The position numbers were made by a program, and so were the translations under genes. The notes beneath the pieces are model-generated. The model made no database searches. It was not told where the DNA came from and saw nothing but the letters and a program-made list of their open reading frames with translations. Shown piece after piece: positions 1-10,442 of a stretch of 64,000 bases of DNA. The stretch spans positions 227,688-291,687 of the IMG/VR virus record IMGVR_UViG_3300042566_001780. The stretch is one strand, 5' to 3'. Positions within the stretch are counted from its first letter, which is position 1. Every line of letters starts with the position of its first letter.

Positions 1-1866
1 AGTACCATTTCCTGCAGTTGAAGTACCGCCAGTTGCATAGATTTTTGAATCATTACTAACAGAATTTCCACTTGAATGAAAATTGATAGTCGGAGTTCCA
101 ATTACTGATAATGAACCTATGTCAATAGTTGAATCATTATCTGATAATGACATATTGCCAGATAGAGAAATATCGGTTGCACTGAAACTCCCAGTGGCAT
201 CTCGTAATACTATTGTATTAGCCGTATTTGTAGATGTAGCATTTGACCCAAGCGTAATTGTATTTGCCGTATCATTATAGGTAGCAGTAATTCCGCCCCC
301 ATTCACAAAAACCGCCCCAACAACATCTTGAACAGATTCAGTAAAATTACTTACTTGGGATGACGTGATGGAAATTGGTGAAGTAGATATTGCAGTCACT
401 AAACCTTTGGCATTCACGGTAACAGTCAGGCTGTTTGCCACTCCGCCAAAAGATCCAGTATTTGAGTTGACTGTAGCTAAAGTAATTGGCGAACTCACAT
501 TGGCTGATCCGTCAACTGAAAGTGAAGCTGTTGCATCTCCAGTTAAACTTAGTGTTCTTGCTGTAGACCATTTATCTGCAGTTGCAACATTTCCGGTAGT
601 AGTAGCAATATTGACACCGTTGATAGTTGGGGTGAATTTGAAATCAACAATATTGGTAGTTCTTGGAATCGATAATACTAAAGTTTCTGTAGTGCCATTA
701 TCTGCCACAGAAATTAAATTGAAATTAGAACCAGCATTTGCGCCAGATTCGGCAATGTTATTGACACGCAACACCCATCGTGACAATGTATTTGTGTCAA
801 AAGTAATTTGTCTATTTGTTGAAGTAGCTCCGCGAATTCTAAGTTGATTATTAGCCCCGCTTAATGTAGTTACATCACTTGCAGATAATGTCGTAAAAGC
901 ACCAGATGAAGCAGTAGTTGCACCAATTGGCGAATTGTTTATGGTCAATCCAGTAGCAGATCCCCCGGTAATTGTTACAGCATTAGCATCTTGAAATGCC
1001 ATTGAACCCAAATTGACTGTCGTAATAGATGTAGTTCTTCCCTTTGCATCTATAGTGATATTAGGAAAAGATGTTGAGGTGCCATATGTTCCAGCAGTGG
1101 CTACAGTAGACAGTGTCAATATTCCTGCAGCATTTGCAGAACCATCAAAACTAGTTGACCAGGTGGCGTCTCCTGATACGGAAATCGTTCTAGCTGTAGC
1201 TAATTTTGTAGCAGTTGCGGCATTACCAGTAACACTGATCCCATAAGTACCAGTTAATCTTGCAGATGGTACTGTTCCTGATGAGAGATTATCTGCATTC
1301 AACGCAGTTACTGGAATAGTGATGTTGGCAGAACCATTGAAACTTGTAGCCGTGCCAGTAGCAGCTCCAGATAGCGCTATTGTTCTTGCAGTTGCCAGTG
1401 TTGCAGCAGTAGTAGCTGCAATGGATGCGCTATTTGAAACTGCAGTAATTCTACCTTTTGCATCTACAGTAAGAATAGGGATGGCAGATGTAGATCCAAA
1501 AGAACCAACATTAGAATTGACCGTAGCTAATGTGGTAGTAATTGCTGTGGATCCAGAACCAGAAATATCACCGCTAAGTGTAATGTTTTGATTGGCAGTT
1601 AAGTAGACATTAGTGTCTAATACCCAAGTATTAGCACCAGATTTCTTTAAGAATCCAGAAGTACCAGCTAATGCAGCTATAGCATTAAGGTCGGCATCGT
1701 ATTCCTGAAGCTGCACCCATCCGCCGTTATAAATAAATAAAGCAGTGAGATCAGTTCTGTAGAATAATTCTCCAAAGCTTGGGATGCTTGGAAAATCTAC
1801 TCCACCCGCCACAACGGCGTTAATAATGCTAGAGCCTTCAATGAGCTTTAAACCATCTGAAAACAT
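1..1866 (-). CDS. Tail fibre protein (3' end runs off the window; absent from the ORF track)
   Basis: ATG at 1866 (MFSDGLKLIEGSSIINAVV...), frame open to position 1. Thr/Ala/Ser/Gly-rich, with repeats like ATARTISVSGDATWSTSFDGSAN and TxDAKGRxT that are shared with 3132..5048. Late promoter upstream. Confidence 0.85.
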   Translation of the reverse strand, partial: MFSDGLKLIEGSSIINAVVAGGVDFPSIPSFGELFYRTDLTALFIYNGGWVQLQEYDADLNAIAALAGTSGFLKKSGANTWVLDTNVYLTANQNITLSGDISGSGSTAITTTLATVNSNVGSFGSTSAIPILTVDAKGRITAVSNSASIAATTAATLATARTIALSGAATGTATSFNGSANITIPVTALNADNLSSGTVPSARLTGTYGISVTGNAATATKLATARTISVSGDATWSTSFDGSANAAGILTLSTVATAGTYGTSTSFPNITIDAKGRTTSITTVNLGSMAFQDANAVTITGGSATGLTINNSPIGATTASSGAFTTLSASDVTTLSGANNQLRIRGATSTNRQITFDTNTLSRWVLRVNNIAESGANAGSNFNLISVADNGTTETLVLSIPRTTNIVDFKFTPTINGVNIATTTGNVATADKWSTARTLSLTGDATASLSVDGSANVSSPITLATVNSNTGSFGGVANSLTVTVNAKGLVTAISTSPISITSSQVSNFTESVQDVVGAVFVNGGGITATYNDTANTITLGSNATSTNTANTIVLRDATGSFSATDISLSGNMSLSDNDSTIDIGSLSVIGTPTINFHSSGNSVSNDSKIYATGGTSTAGNGT

Positions 1867-1894
1867 ATTGCTAATTCCTTCATCAATCAGTACC

Positions 1895-1901
1895 TATTTA
1901 G
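1895..1901 (-). promoter_or_regulatory. T4-type late promoter variant CTAAATA
   Basis: CTAAATA 29 nt upstream of the tail fibre ATG; the same motif precedes other structural genes. Confidence 0.65.
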
Positions 1902-1914
1902 AAGAAACGTCGTC

Positions 1915-2799
1915 ATGAAACTTACACTTAAACAATTTCTAACTGAAGGCGGTAAAGCTACTGCTCATTTAGGTACGTCTCGAGCTTCGCAATCTGATAT
2001 TCAGGAAGCTCTTAAAGTATTGGCTCCAATAATGGATACAACACCAGATAAGTTGAAAGAGCACATTCTTGGCTCTGGTCGATTGACTTTGGTGGGAAAG
2101 CAAAAAGATTCTGGGGATCTTGATATTGCAGTCATATCTAAAGACCCGGAATCTTTAGTGAGTGACATCTCAAAAGTGGTGAAGTCTGAACCACGAAAGA
2201 TAGGTTCATCTACTTATTCTTTTGCCGTACCTGTACTTGGTTCAAAAAAGATTCAAGTAGACATTATGTTTGTACCAAGTCTTGATTGGGCAGCATTTTC
2301 TCACTATGCCTCAGAAGATTCAAAGCATAAAAGTGGGGTTCGAAATGAACTATTGCATGCTACATTGAAGCATTCTGCAGAACCCGGAAAAGACTTGATA
2401 TTACGAGATAAAGATGGCAACTTGATCGTTCGAGTTAGCCGATCTTACGATTTGATCAATGGTGTCAAACGTGTTTTTAAAATTGCCAAGAAACGTAAAG
2501 ACGGTAAAGGTCGCGTCAAAGGACTTGACCACGTAAGCCCTGAAGAAGTTGAGAGCACGCTGAAAGAACTTGGAATAGTTGATCAATTCAGCAAAGAAGC
2601 TGACATAATTCTTGATCCAAAGAGATTTGCAGAAATGTTATTTGGACGCAATACTCAAATAGCAGATCTTGGAAGCACAGAGAGTTTGATAAAACTAATA
2701 TCTGCCAGAAAAGATAAAAATGAAATCTTTAAGGATGCAGTATCTGGAATAAAAGATCGGGGATTTGTTGTCCCCGATGAGTTAAAACAATTTAGTTAA
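1915..2799 (+). CDS. Pol-beta-superfamily nucleotidyltransferase with N-terminal capsid-targeting-like leader
   Basis: GS...SGDLDIAV and IQVDIMF acidic triad; starts MKLTLKQFLTE. Confidence 0.6.
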   Translation: MKLTLKQFLTEGGKATAHLGTSRASQSDIQEALKVLAPIMDTTPDKLKEHILGSGRLTLVGKQKDSGDLDIAVISKDPESLVSDISKVVKSEPRKIGSSTYSFAVPVLGSKKIQVDIMFVPSLDWAAFSHYASEDSKHKSGVRNELLHATLKHSAEPGKDLILRDKDGNLIVRVSRSYDLINGVKRVFKIAKKRKDGKGRVKGLDHVSPEEVESTLKELGIVDQFSKEADIILDPKRFAEMLFGRNTQIADLGSTESLIKLISARKDKNEIFKDAVSGIKDRGFVVPDELKQFS

Positions 2800-3113
2800 G
2801 CTGGATCAGGATATCGTTCTTTAATTTCCTGAATTTTATCTAACCACTCTTGCATTGTGGCTTCACCTCTTTGTGCCTTAAAAAATAAGGGATCGGCTTC
2901 TTTTTTATAAGCATGAAATCTTAATGCGTCTATTTGTTCTGACGTTTTAACAGGCGCATAATATACCCAAGAGCTATTTTCCCACTCATATCCTTCACCC
3001 GGTTTTAGCGGGACTTCAATATATCCACTTGGATATGATGCTAATATTTCAGCAGAAGGTTGATTTGTCGTCTGCCAATAGCCTATACTAGGATGATAAA
3101 AACCTTTTTCCAT
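2796..3113 (-). CDS. Tail fibre assembly/chaperone-like protein
   Basis: Directly downstream of a fibre gene; C-terminal EADPLFFKAQRGEAT..WLDKIQEIKERYP is typical of fibre-associated proteins. Confidence 0.6.
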   Translation of the reverse strand: MEKGFYHPSIGYWQTTNQPSAEILASYPSGYIEVPLKPGEGYEWENSSWVYYAPVKTSEQIDALRFHAYKKEADPLFFKAQRGEATMQEWLDKIQEIKERYPDPA

Positions 3114-3131
3114 TAATTGCCTCTTTTAAAA

Positions 3132-5048
3132 TTACCGTAATTCGTGCCAAGCTCTAATTGGGCCATCTGGCAAATTATACCAGTGGTTAGGTGGAACCAC
3201 GGTAGTAATATGTTCCCATTCTCCAGAATCACCGTCTGCCTGGTACATGTTAACATAGGTGGTTGTTGAAACCCCGACATAAATATTACCCGATCCACCA
3301 ACATCAATCCAAATATTTAAAGCAATAGTTCTTCCCGTAGTATTCTGATACCACGTTCCTGCAGATCTAGTCACAGCTTGCCAAGTTTGTCCAACCCCCA
3401 ATGCATTAGCCGCTGTTCCTGCAGTTAGCGCGTTACCTGCATTAGTGGCATATGTGGCATTTGCACTGTTGCCAGTAATATCTATATCCCAGGTGCCACT
3501 TGCTCCGGTGCCGGTAAGACTAGGAGCACCAATAGTGTTGTAGCTGACTGTTCTTGCAGTATTTCCATTAAAGGTAGTACCACTTGCTACACCAGCTCCG
3601 CTATTATTAAATGTTAACGCTGCACTAGTTTGCGCGGTTATTGTTATGTTAGCACTTCCATTAAAACTTACACCATTAATGGTTCTAGCGTTAGCTAACA
3701 CGTTTGCAGTATTAGCGGCGATTGATGTCTGCGTAGATACTGCAGTAATTCTGCCTTTACCGTCAACTGTAATCACCGGGATTGCAGACGCAGATCCAAA
3801 AGTCCCATTATTTGCATTGACTGTTGTCAATGTCAACGTGCCGCTAACGTTTGCTGCCCCGTTAAAGCTGACTGACCAAGCTGCATCACCGGTGGCAGCT
3901 ATGGTTCTTGCGGTTGTTAGCTGATTTGCAGTATCGGCAATAGCAGCCGTTGAAATAGGAACTTGTACAACACCAGTTACCCGACCTTTATTGTCGACAG
4001 TGAGTTGCGGTATCAGCGTAGACGATCCGAAAGTACCAGCATTAGCATTTACGGTGTTCAATACCAAGTCAGAGCTGACATTTTCAGATCCATTAAAATT
4101 AACAGACCAAGCAGCATCACCAGTAGCAGCTATGTTTCTAGCTGTTGCGAGTGAATTTGCTGTAGCTGCAGTGACGGAAGTAGTAGAAACACCGGTAACT
4201 CTACCTTTACTATCGAGCGTAATGACTGGTATTAAGGATGAAGAACCATATGTACCAGCAGTTGCTACTTCAGCTAGTGTGAGAGCTGAAGAGGCATTTG
4301 CTGAGCCGTCGAATGTAGTAGACCAAGTACCGTCGCCTGTTATTGAAATCGTTCTTGCTGTAGCAAGTTTAGTGGCATTCGTGGCATTTGTTGCTGTTGA
4401 TGCAGATGTTGCTGAACCTACTGCCAGAGTTGATTGAGATGCCCAGGTTGGGGCTCCAGTGCCACCAGATAACAGAACCTGTCCTGATGCTCCGACACCG
4501 CTAATTGCATATGTAGATGCTGCGCTATATACAATTGCTCCTGCAGCAACCGAAGTAGAACCGGTACCGCCCTTTGCAACTGACAGGGTACCACCAATAT
4601 TAGAAAGATTTAAGTTCGCCTCAACTACATCTAGAATCGGGTTACCAGAAACACCAGATGGATTCGTAATACTAAGACGAGAAGAACCAGATACCAGGGT
4701 TCTAGATGCTGAAGTACCGACACCGGTTTTGACATAAAAACCAGTTACTGCTTGATTGATTAATGCTGATAATTCTGCATTGACCTGTTGGTAGGCTGAA
4801 GCTGGTAATCCACCTAGAGTGTCGGCGCCAATTTGGGAGCTGATTGATCTAACCCATCCCAAAGCAGGTTGATCACCAAATCCAGCATTAGCGTCTGGCA
4901 GCAAACCAAAGAAATACAGACCTGCCGATCCTTCTACCGAGTCTACAGTTTTATAGAACAGTGATCCATCGAAAGTTAAAGCGGGTTCTGGCAGTACAGA
5001 TCCGTATGGTATAATCGCGCCGCCGTTAAAGGTTTTATTTGTCGTCAT
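3132..5048 (-). CDS. Tail fibre protein
   Basis: 638 aa; three ATART..TGD..W...F.GSAN..TL..V..GT.GSS..IP..T.D.KGR.T repeats, ARTINGVSFNGSANIT, C-terminal LGVGQTWQAVTR tip domain. Confidence 0.88.
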   Translation of the reverse strand: MTTNKTFNGGAIIPYGSVLPEPALTFDGSLFYKTVDSVEGSAGLYFFGLLPDANAGFGDQPALGWVRSISSQIGADTLGGLPASAYQQVNAELSALINQAVTGFYVKTGVGTSASRTLVSGSSRLSITNPSGVSGNPILDVVEANLNLSNIGGTLSVAKGGTGSTSVAAGAIVYSAASTYAISGVGASGQVLLSGGTGAPTWASQSTLAVGSATSASTATNATNATKLATARTISITGDGTWSTTFDGSANASSALTLAEVATAGTYGSSSLIPVITLDSKGRVTGVSTTSVTAATANSLATARNIAATGDAAWSVNFNGSENVSSDLVLNTVNANAGTFGSSTLIPQLTVDNKGRVTGVVQVPISTAAIADTANQLTTARTIAATGDAAWSVSFNGAANVSGTLTLTTVNANNGTFGSASAIPVITVDGKGRITAVSTQTSIAANTANVLANARTINGVSFNGSANITITAQTSAALTFNNSGAGVASGTTFNGNTARTVSYNTIGAPSLTGTGASGTWDIDITGNSANATYATNAGNALTAGTAANALGVGQTWQAVTRSAGTWYQNTTGRTIALNIWIDVGGSGNIYVGVSTTTYVNMYQADGDSGEWEHITTVVPPNHWYNLPDGPIRAWHELR

Positions 5049-5093
5049 AGGTCAATCTGCCCTGGTAAGCATTCTAATCGAGGTGTTTCATTC

Positions 5094-5100
5094 TATTTAG
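5094..5100 (-). promoter_or_regulatory. Late promoter CTAAATA
   Basis: 46 nt upstream of tail fibre ATG 5048. Confidence 0.65.
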
Positions 5101-5213
5101 CAATTTTTGAAAGAAAAACCCTAAAGCTAGACATTGTGGTCTGCTCCTAAAATGAAGAACTTCTAGGTATCTGTGCATGTTAAAATTGCTTTTTGCACTT
5201 ACAAGGAGAACCT

Positions 5214-6194
5214 ATGACAGTGAATGCACAAGCTATCAACCCAACCTTCGAGCTCAACGCAGATTACCAAAAAGCCATATCTGATCTCATGAATCATGGC
5301 TACGAATCTGCTCCCCGCGGCCAAAAGACCAAAGAAATCATCAACTATTCATTCTCGCTGGTCAACCCACGCAATCGAATTGTTCATTTTCCAGATCGTA
5401 AAACTAGTCTAAAGTACCTACTTGGTGAGTTTATCTGGTACATTTCCGGCAGTGCAGACCCAAAGGGTATTCTTCCCTATGCAAAATTCTGGGACTCTAT
5501 TCGCAATCCCGATGGTACAGTAAATTCCAACTATGGTACTCGATTGTTTGGTCATCATCAAGACAGTCTGGTGACACGCGATGGACAAAAGATGTCTCAA
5601 TGGCAAGCTGTCATTAATATCCTCACTAAGGATAACGATAGCCGTCAAGCTATCGTGAATATTCATATGCCCAGCGATCGCTGGGATGGGAATAAAGATG
5701 TTCCATGCACCATCTCGCTGCAATTCCTAATTCGTGATTGGCGTCTGCATATGATCGTCACTATGCGAAGTAATGATGTCATTATGGGTACTTCAAATGA
5801 CATCTTCCAGTTTACTATGCTGCAGGAAGCTTTGGCATTGGAGCTTCGTAAAACTATGCCTGCTTTGGAACTCGGTTATTACTACCATAACGCTGGGTCT
5901 CTCCATATCTACGAGCGTCACTTTGAAATGGCCAAAGGAATCATGGAAGATAATCGAAAGCTTGAGCTTTCAATGCGGCCAATGGATTCATTCTCGGATA
6001 ATGTGCTGACCGGATTGGTTGGTGTTGAAGCAGCTTGGCAACATGCTGGAGCACCCAAAGATTTTGACTTTGCTAAAGTTGGAGCATGGCAATTGCTAAC
6101 TCCATACTGGCAAGATCTCGTTTTGATGTGTTTTGCTGATGATCATTCTGCAATGCATCGAGTTTTTGCTATTCCGGAAGACGAGGAACATTGA
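5214..6194 (+). CDS. Thymidylate-synthase-fold dCMP hydroxymethylase/hydroxylase (T4 gp42-like)
   Basis: AAGGAG RBS then ATG 5214. DSRQA, PCTISLQFLIR, MRSNDVIMGTSND (Asp where dUMP-specific ThyA has Asn), GSLHIYERHF. A canonical thyA is present separately. Confidence 0.8.
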   Translation: MTVNAQAINPTFELNADYQKAISDLMNHGYESAPRGQKTKEIINYSFSLVNPRNRIVHFPDRKTSLKYLLGEFIWYISGSADPKGILPYAKFWDSIRNPDGTVNSNYGTRLFGHHQDSLVTRDGQKMSQWQAVINILTKDNDSRQAIVNIHMPSDRWDGNKDVPCTISLQFLIRDWRLHMIVTMRSNDVIMGTSNDIFQFTMLQEALALELRKTMPALELGYYYHNAGSLHIYERHFEMAKGIMEDNRKLELSMRPMDSFSDNVLTGLVGVEAAWQHAGAPKDFDFAKVGAWQLLTPYWQDLVLMCFADDHSAMHRVFAIPEDEEH

Positions 6195-6195
6195 A

Positions 6196-6462
6196 ATGTC
6201 AGGTGGATCCTTTGACTATGCTTATTACAAAATTTCAGATTTTGGTGATAGTCTTGAAGCTAAACTTCTTGCTTATGATCCAGATGATTGGAACACAGAA
6301 TTTGTCAAGTCACTGGATCCATCTACTGTAGCACTTTTGAAACAGATTGCTAAAGAAGCCCAAACGCTTGGACCAAAGGCAAGAGCAGTCGAATGGCTAT
6401 TTTCCGGTGACTATGGAGAGCAAACTTTTCTTGATGTCATTAGCAAAATTGAACAAAAATGA
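6196..6462 (+). CDS. Hypothetical protein (MSGGSFDY family)
   Basis: ATG 6196, coupled to neighbouring genes. Confidence 0.6.
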   Translation: MSGGSFDYAYYKISDFGDSLEAKLLAYDPDDWNTEFVKSLDPSTVALLKQIAKEAQTLGPKARAVEWLFSGDYGEQTFLDVISKIEQK

Positions 6463-8198
6463 ATTACGAAAAACAAATTCTTGAAGCTTATGATTTTCTA
6501 GGCTTCAAACCTCGGGGAAATCAGGTTGACAACATCAGTGAAATTGTAACAGCATTTCGAGATGATGGGTTTAGCTCTGTTACGTTATCCGCCCCAACTG
6601 GTACTGGTAAATCCATTATTGGTGCAGTAACAGCTGAAGTTTTGCATAAGCTCGAAAGTCCTGACCTCCATGTTGGTGCTAGCTTTCTGTTGTCACCAAC
6701 CAATATTCTTAGCGAGCAATATTTCAAGACCTTCCAAGAAGGCCGTGACCCTCTTGATACTCGATTTCGAATGATTAAAGGCGCAGCTAATTTCCCGTGC
6801 GCTGCACTTTCTACAGATACTGAGCCACAAACTGCAGAGATGTGCGCGCTTCGATTGTTCCAAAAGTCTGGTGAACAATCAATGATTGACACCTTTTGCA
6901 ATGGATGTGAATATGCATTGCAGAAACGACTGCGCGATCGTTCTCGCCACTTGATCACAAATTATGCATACTATTTCATTGATAGAATGTATACACAGAT
7001 GATGGCTAAAAGAACTGTTTGCGTATATGATGAAGCACATTTGATCAATGATCTTTTTACTGAGCACAATGCCATTTATGTCAGTGACTCTCGGTTAAAG
7101 AAGATGTCGGAAGAAATTCTTGCAAATCTTTCTATTAGCGATGTTGGTGTATTCAAAAAGATCAAAGATGTCACTAACCTCGTCAAAGAAGGTAAGGTGG
7201 CAAAATCCAATTACAAAGATGTGCTGCTAACTCTTGCAGAAGTTTATGGCATCGTAACTGAACTTGCTCAGAATGCTGCAGATGCAGCAGGAAATGATCA
7301 TAAGCGCTATATTGCCATGTCAAAGTTGTCCAAGAAATACTTTGGACTCGGTTGTAAAATTGGCGATTTGTTTGAATACAACTACGATCATGCATTTGAT
7401 TTCAAACCGGCCAATCCAAAATATAATCAATCTGAAAATGAGCTGAGTGTAAAGCCTATCTTTGTAGCTGACATGTTTGGGGTGCTGAATAATGCAAAGT
7501 ACAATTTGTTGATGTCTGGCACACTTGGCGAAGTTTATGCTAATCGTACTCTGACTCTAGAAAATAACAAACACATTCGCTTGGCACCAACTTTTCCAAC
7601 TGAGAATAAGAAGGTCGTATTCTACAAACCACAGGCATTAAGCAAAGATTCTCTGCAGTTGAATCAGGTAGCAACTAAACTAAAAGCTGCGTGCCAAGAG
7701 ATTGTCAAATATCATACTGACAAAAAAGAGCGAGGTATTATTTTGACTCCGTCATTTGCGTTGTCTGAAATGATTGCCGATATGATTTCAAAAGCAAATC
7801 TTCCAGTTAGAATTTTTGAACATCATAAAGGCGATAAACTTAGCCTTGCGCTGAACAGATTTAAAGATTATTCTGGTGGTCCAGCTGTTATGATCACTGC
7901 TTCTGGCTTTGAAGGCATGGACCTGCCTGGTGATTTGAGCCGCTATCAGATTTTAGTGAAAGCTCCGTATGCATCATTAGGAGAAGCACGTGTTAAATTG
8001 ATCTTGGAAAAATACCCAGATCTTTATAAGCTGCTTTGTCTAATGAAGATGGTGCAAGGTGCAGGTCGTAGTGTGCGTTCGCCGACTGACTATGCTACTA
8101 CGTACATCCTTGATTCAAATGCCCAGCGCATTTGGACTGATAAGATCAACGAGTGGCGTGATGAATTCTCTATCAGCTTCACCTCCATCCTAGAATGA
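6459..8198 (+). CDS. DinG/YoaA-like SF2 helicase with Fe-S-type cysteines
   Basis: APTGTGKS, DEAH, EGMDLPGD, QGAGRSVRS; four Cys in the N-terminal part. Confidence 0.88.
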   Translation: MNYEKQILEAYDFLGFKPRGNQVDNISEIVTAFRDDGFSSVTLSAPTGTGKSIIGAVTAEVLHKLESPDLHVGASFLLSPTNILSEQYFKTFQEGRDPLDTRFRMIKGAANFPCAALSTDTEPQTAEMCALRLFQKSGEQSMIDTFCNGCEYALQKRLRDRSRHLITNYAYYFIDRMYTQMMAKRTVCVYDEAHLINDLFTEHNAIYVSDSRLKKMSEEILANLSISDVGVFKKIKDVTNLVKEGKVAKSNYKDVLLTLAEVYGIVTELAQNAADAAGNDHKRYIAMSKLSKKYFGLGCKIGDLFEYNYDHAFDFKPANPKYNQSENELSVKPIFVADMFGVLNNAKYNLLMSGTLGEVYANRTLTLENNKHIRLAPTFPTENKKVVFYKPQALSKDSLQLNQVATKLKAACQEIVKYHTDKKERGIILTPSFALSEMIADMISKANLPVRIFEHHKGDKLSLALNRFKDYSGGPAVMITASGFEGMDLPGDLSRYQILVKAPYASLGEARVKLILEKYPDLYKLLCLMKMVQGAGRSVRSPTDYATTYILDSNAQRIWTDKINEWRDEFSISFTSILE

Positions 8199-8254
8199 TC
8201 TCGGTTCATTCTTCAAAGCAGTGTACAATTTCATTTTGAAATTAATGGAAACCT

Positions 8255-9430
8255 ATGTCGGAAGATATTGATGATTTTATAAGTGGGCTTTTGTCTTCTT
8301 CAAGACCATCAAAAAGCCAAAGATCTGGCATTCGAGGTATTCGTTCTGCAGATGAGCGAGCAGTTAAAACGCGAAGATATCGAACTGCGGGAATGTCAAA
8401 AATTGGTTTACCGACTGCGTTAGACGACCCACAATTTTTTAAGGCTGGTATGGAAAACAAAGACTCTGTTATTTTTGGTGCGTATGGTGTAGATGATTGG
8501 CTAAGCAGCACATTCCTGCAACAAAGCATTCGAGATGGTATTACGACCATCATGAAGTCCGGCACCTGGATTATTCCAGCTAACTGGGATTTTGTTACAT
8601 GGTGCGCTACTATTTCTCCACGGTACAACTTCATTAGCGCCAATCGTGCAATGATCTTTACAAATTGGGGCCAAATTGAAGTTGGTCTCGGCCGCCAAAA
8701 GATTGAAGTCGAGATCAACGGTAAAATCAAAGAAGTCAATCAGTTTATTGACTTGCTGCATACTCAGTTCAAGCAGGCAGAAAACCTAATTGAATGGGTC
8801 TATGGCCAACGCGGTGAAAGCATCAGCGTGCCACTGAATTACCGTCCTGCTATTAATGAGGCGTACCCTTGGATCAATGGTGGGCTCGACGCCTATATTG
8901 ATGCCTACATGAATTCTGATGCCAGTGTTCTTATTCTTATTGGGGCACCGGGAACTGGTAAGACAACGTTTGTTAAAAACCTTATCCATCGCTCTGGTGC
9001 AGATGCAAAGGTTACCTATGATGTCAACGTCATGCAGAGTGATGGCATCTTTGCGTCTTTCATTGAAGGTCGTGAAAAATTCATGATCATGGAAGATGCT
9101 GATGCCTTCCTCAAGAGTCGGGCTGATGGCAATACTATGATGCACCGTTTCCTGAACGTGTCAGATGGTCTCATCTCTGCATCAAATAAGAAGCTGGTGT
9201 TTAGCACGAATCTTCCATCGGTGCGTGATATTGATGATGCTCTTATGCGTCCAGGCCGGTGCTTTGATGTGATGGAGTTCCGACCTCTTACTCGAGATGA
9301 GGCTATTGCAGTGTGTGACAAGACTGGCCGTCCCCATCCAGGTGATGGTTCCAGTTTCACTCTTGCATCTCTCTTTGGGGATTCTCCAAATACTTCTAAA
9401 GTTAAAACGAAGAAAGTTGGTTTTGTGTAA
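8255..9430 (+). CDS. AAA+ ATPase
   Basis: GAPGTGKT, MIMEDAD, FSTN, DDALMRPGR. Confidence 0.88.
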   Translation: MSEDIDDFISGLLSSSRPSKSQRSGIRGIRSADERAVKTRRYRTAGMSKIGLPTALDDPQFFKAGMENKDSVIFGAYGVDDWLSSTFLQQSIRDGITTIMKSGTWIIPANWDFVTWCATISPRYNFISANRAMIFTNWGQIEVGLGRQKIEVEINGKIKEVNQFIDLLHTQFKQAENLIEWVYGQRGESISVPLNYRPAINEAYPWINGGLDAYIDAYMNSDASVLILIGAPGTGKTTFVKNLIHRSGADAKVTYDVNVMQSDGIFASFIEGREKFMIMEDADAFLKSRADGNTMMHRFLNVSDGLISASNKKLVFSTNLPSVRDIDDALMRPGRCFDVMEFRPLTRDEAIAVCDKTGRPHPGDGSSFTLASLFGDSPNTSKVKTKKVGFV

Positions 9431-9987
9431 TGAAGAACTTTATTATTGAAGGTCTCGATAGACTTGGTAAAGATACGCTGATTAAAAATATCCAGCACAA
9501 AACTGGATATAAGATGGTGTGTCATCGATCTAAGCCTCTTGCCCTTGATTATTATCGCAAAGAAAATAATAGTCTGCTTCGATTCCAACAAGAGTGTTTT
9601 GCAAATGATATGCGTCTTCTTTGGATGTCTGAAGATACATCGGCATTTGACGGTGTTATCTTCAATCGTTCGTGGTTAGGCGAATTTGTATATGCGCCCA
9701 TGTATCGGGGGTATTCTGCGGAATACATTTTCGATTATGAAAATGTATATTCTCTTGAGAAGCTCAAACAAACTACGCTCGTGCTTTTGACTGAAGATTT
9801 TTCTAAGTCAAAGCATTTTATTGATGATGGGTTGAGCTTCGATATTTCAAAGCGCGTAGAAGAACAAAATAGCTTTGAACTTGCATTTGAGCGTTCGCGA
9901 ATTCCTTGTAAGAAAAAGATTAGTGTTACTGCAGATAATGGCAGTTTCAAAGATCCACTTTCTATTTTGTCTGAAGTTTTTGTTTGA
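9430..9987 (+). CDS. Thymidylate-kinase-like dNMP kinase
   Basis: IIEGLDRLGKDT P-loop; FNRSWLGEFVYAPMYRGY. Confidence 0.75.
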   Translation: MKNFIIEGLDRLGKDTLIKNIQHKTGYKMVCHRSKPLALDYYRKENNSLLRFQQECFANDMRLLWMSEDTSAFDGVIFNRSWLGEFVYAPMYRGYSAEYIFDYENVYSLEKLKQTTLVLLTEDFSKSKHFIDDGLSFDISKRVEEQNSFELAFERSRIPCKKKISVTADNGSFKDPLSILSEVFV

Positions 9988-9998
9988 AGGAAAATGTC

Positions 9999-10442
9999 AT
10001 GTTGATTAATCAAATCAAAAAAGATCAAGTTGAAGCTCGCAAAAACAAAGATTCTGTGAAAGCCAATCTACTCACTACGCTAATTGGTGAAGCTGAAATG
10101 GTTGGCAAAAACAATGGCAACCGTGCTCCATCAGATGCTGAAGTACAAGTAGTAGTTAAGAAGTTCATTAAGGGAATTGATGAAATTCTGACTCTGACTT
10201 TTGACAAAGACATTCAGAATTTCTTGACTGAGCTAGAAATCCTCAAGTCATATTTGCCAGAACAGCTGAGCCAAGAGCAACTTGCATTTGAGATTAGCAA
10301 AATCATCGGCTCTCTTACTGTTGCAAATCCTTCTCAGGCAATTGGTGTTGTGATGAAGGAGCTTAATGCAAAGTTCTCTGGGAAATTTGATTCCAAACAA
10401 GCTTCCATTTTGATCAAAGAAAATCTGGTACCCCAATCATGA
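9999..10442 (+). CDS. YqeY/GatB domain protein
   Basis: IKKDQVEARKNKD, ELEILKSYLPEQLS, IGVVMKEL..KFD. Confidence 0.82.
   Translation: MLINQIKKDQVEARKNKDSVKANLLTTLIGEAEMVGKNNGNRAPSDAEVQVVVKKFIKGIDEILTLTFDKDIQNFLTELEILKSYLPEQLSQEQLAFEISKIIGSLTVANPSQAIGVVMKELNAKFSGKFDSKQASILIKENLVPQS

Noticed and set aside
83-4737. Many + strand ORFs of 60-160 aa over the tail-fibre genes
   Set aside because: Antisense shadows of Thr/Ala-rich fibre codons; the real frames are on the minus strand
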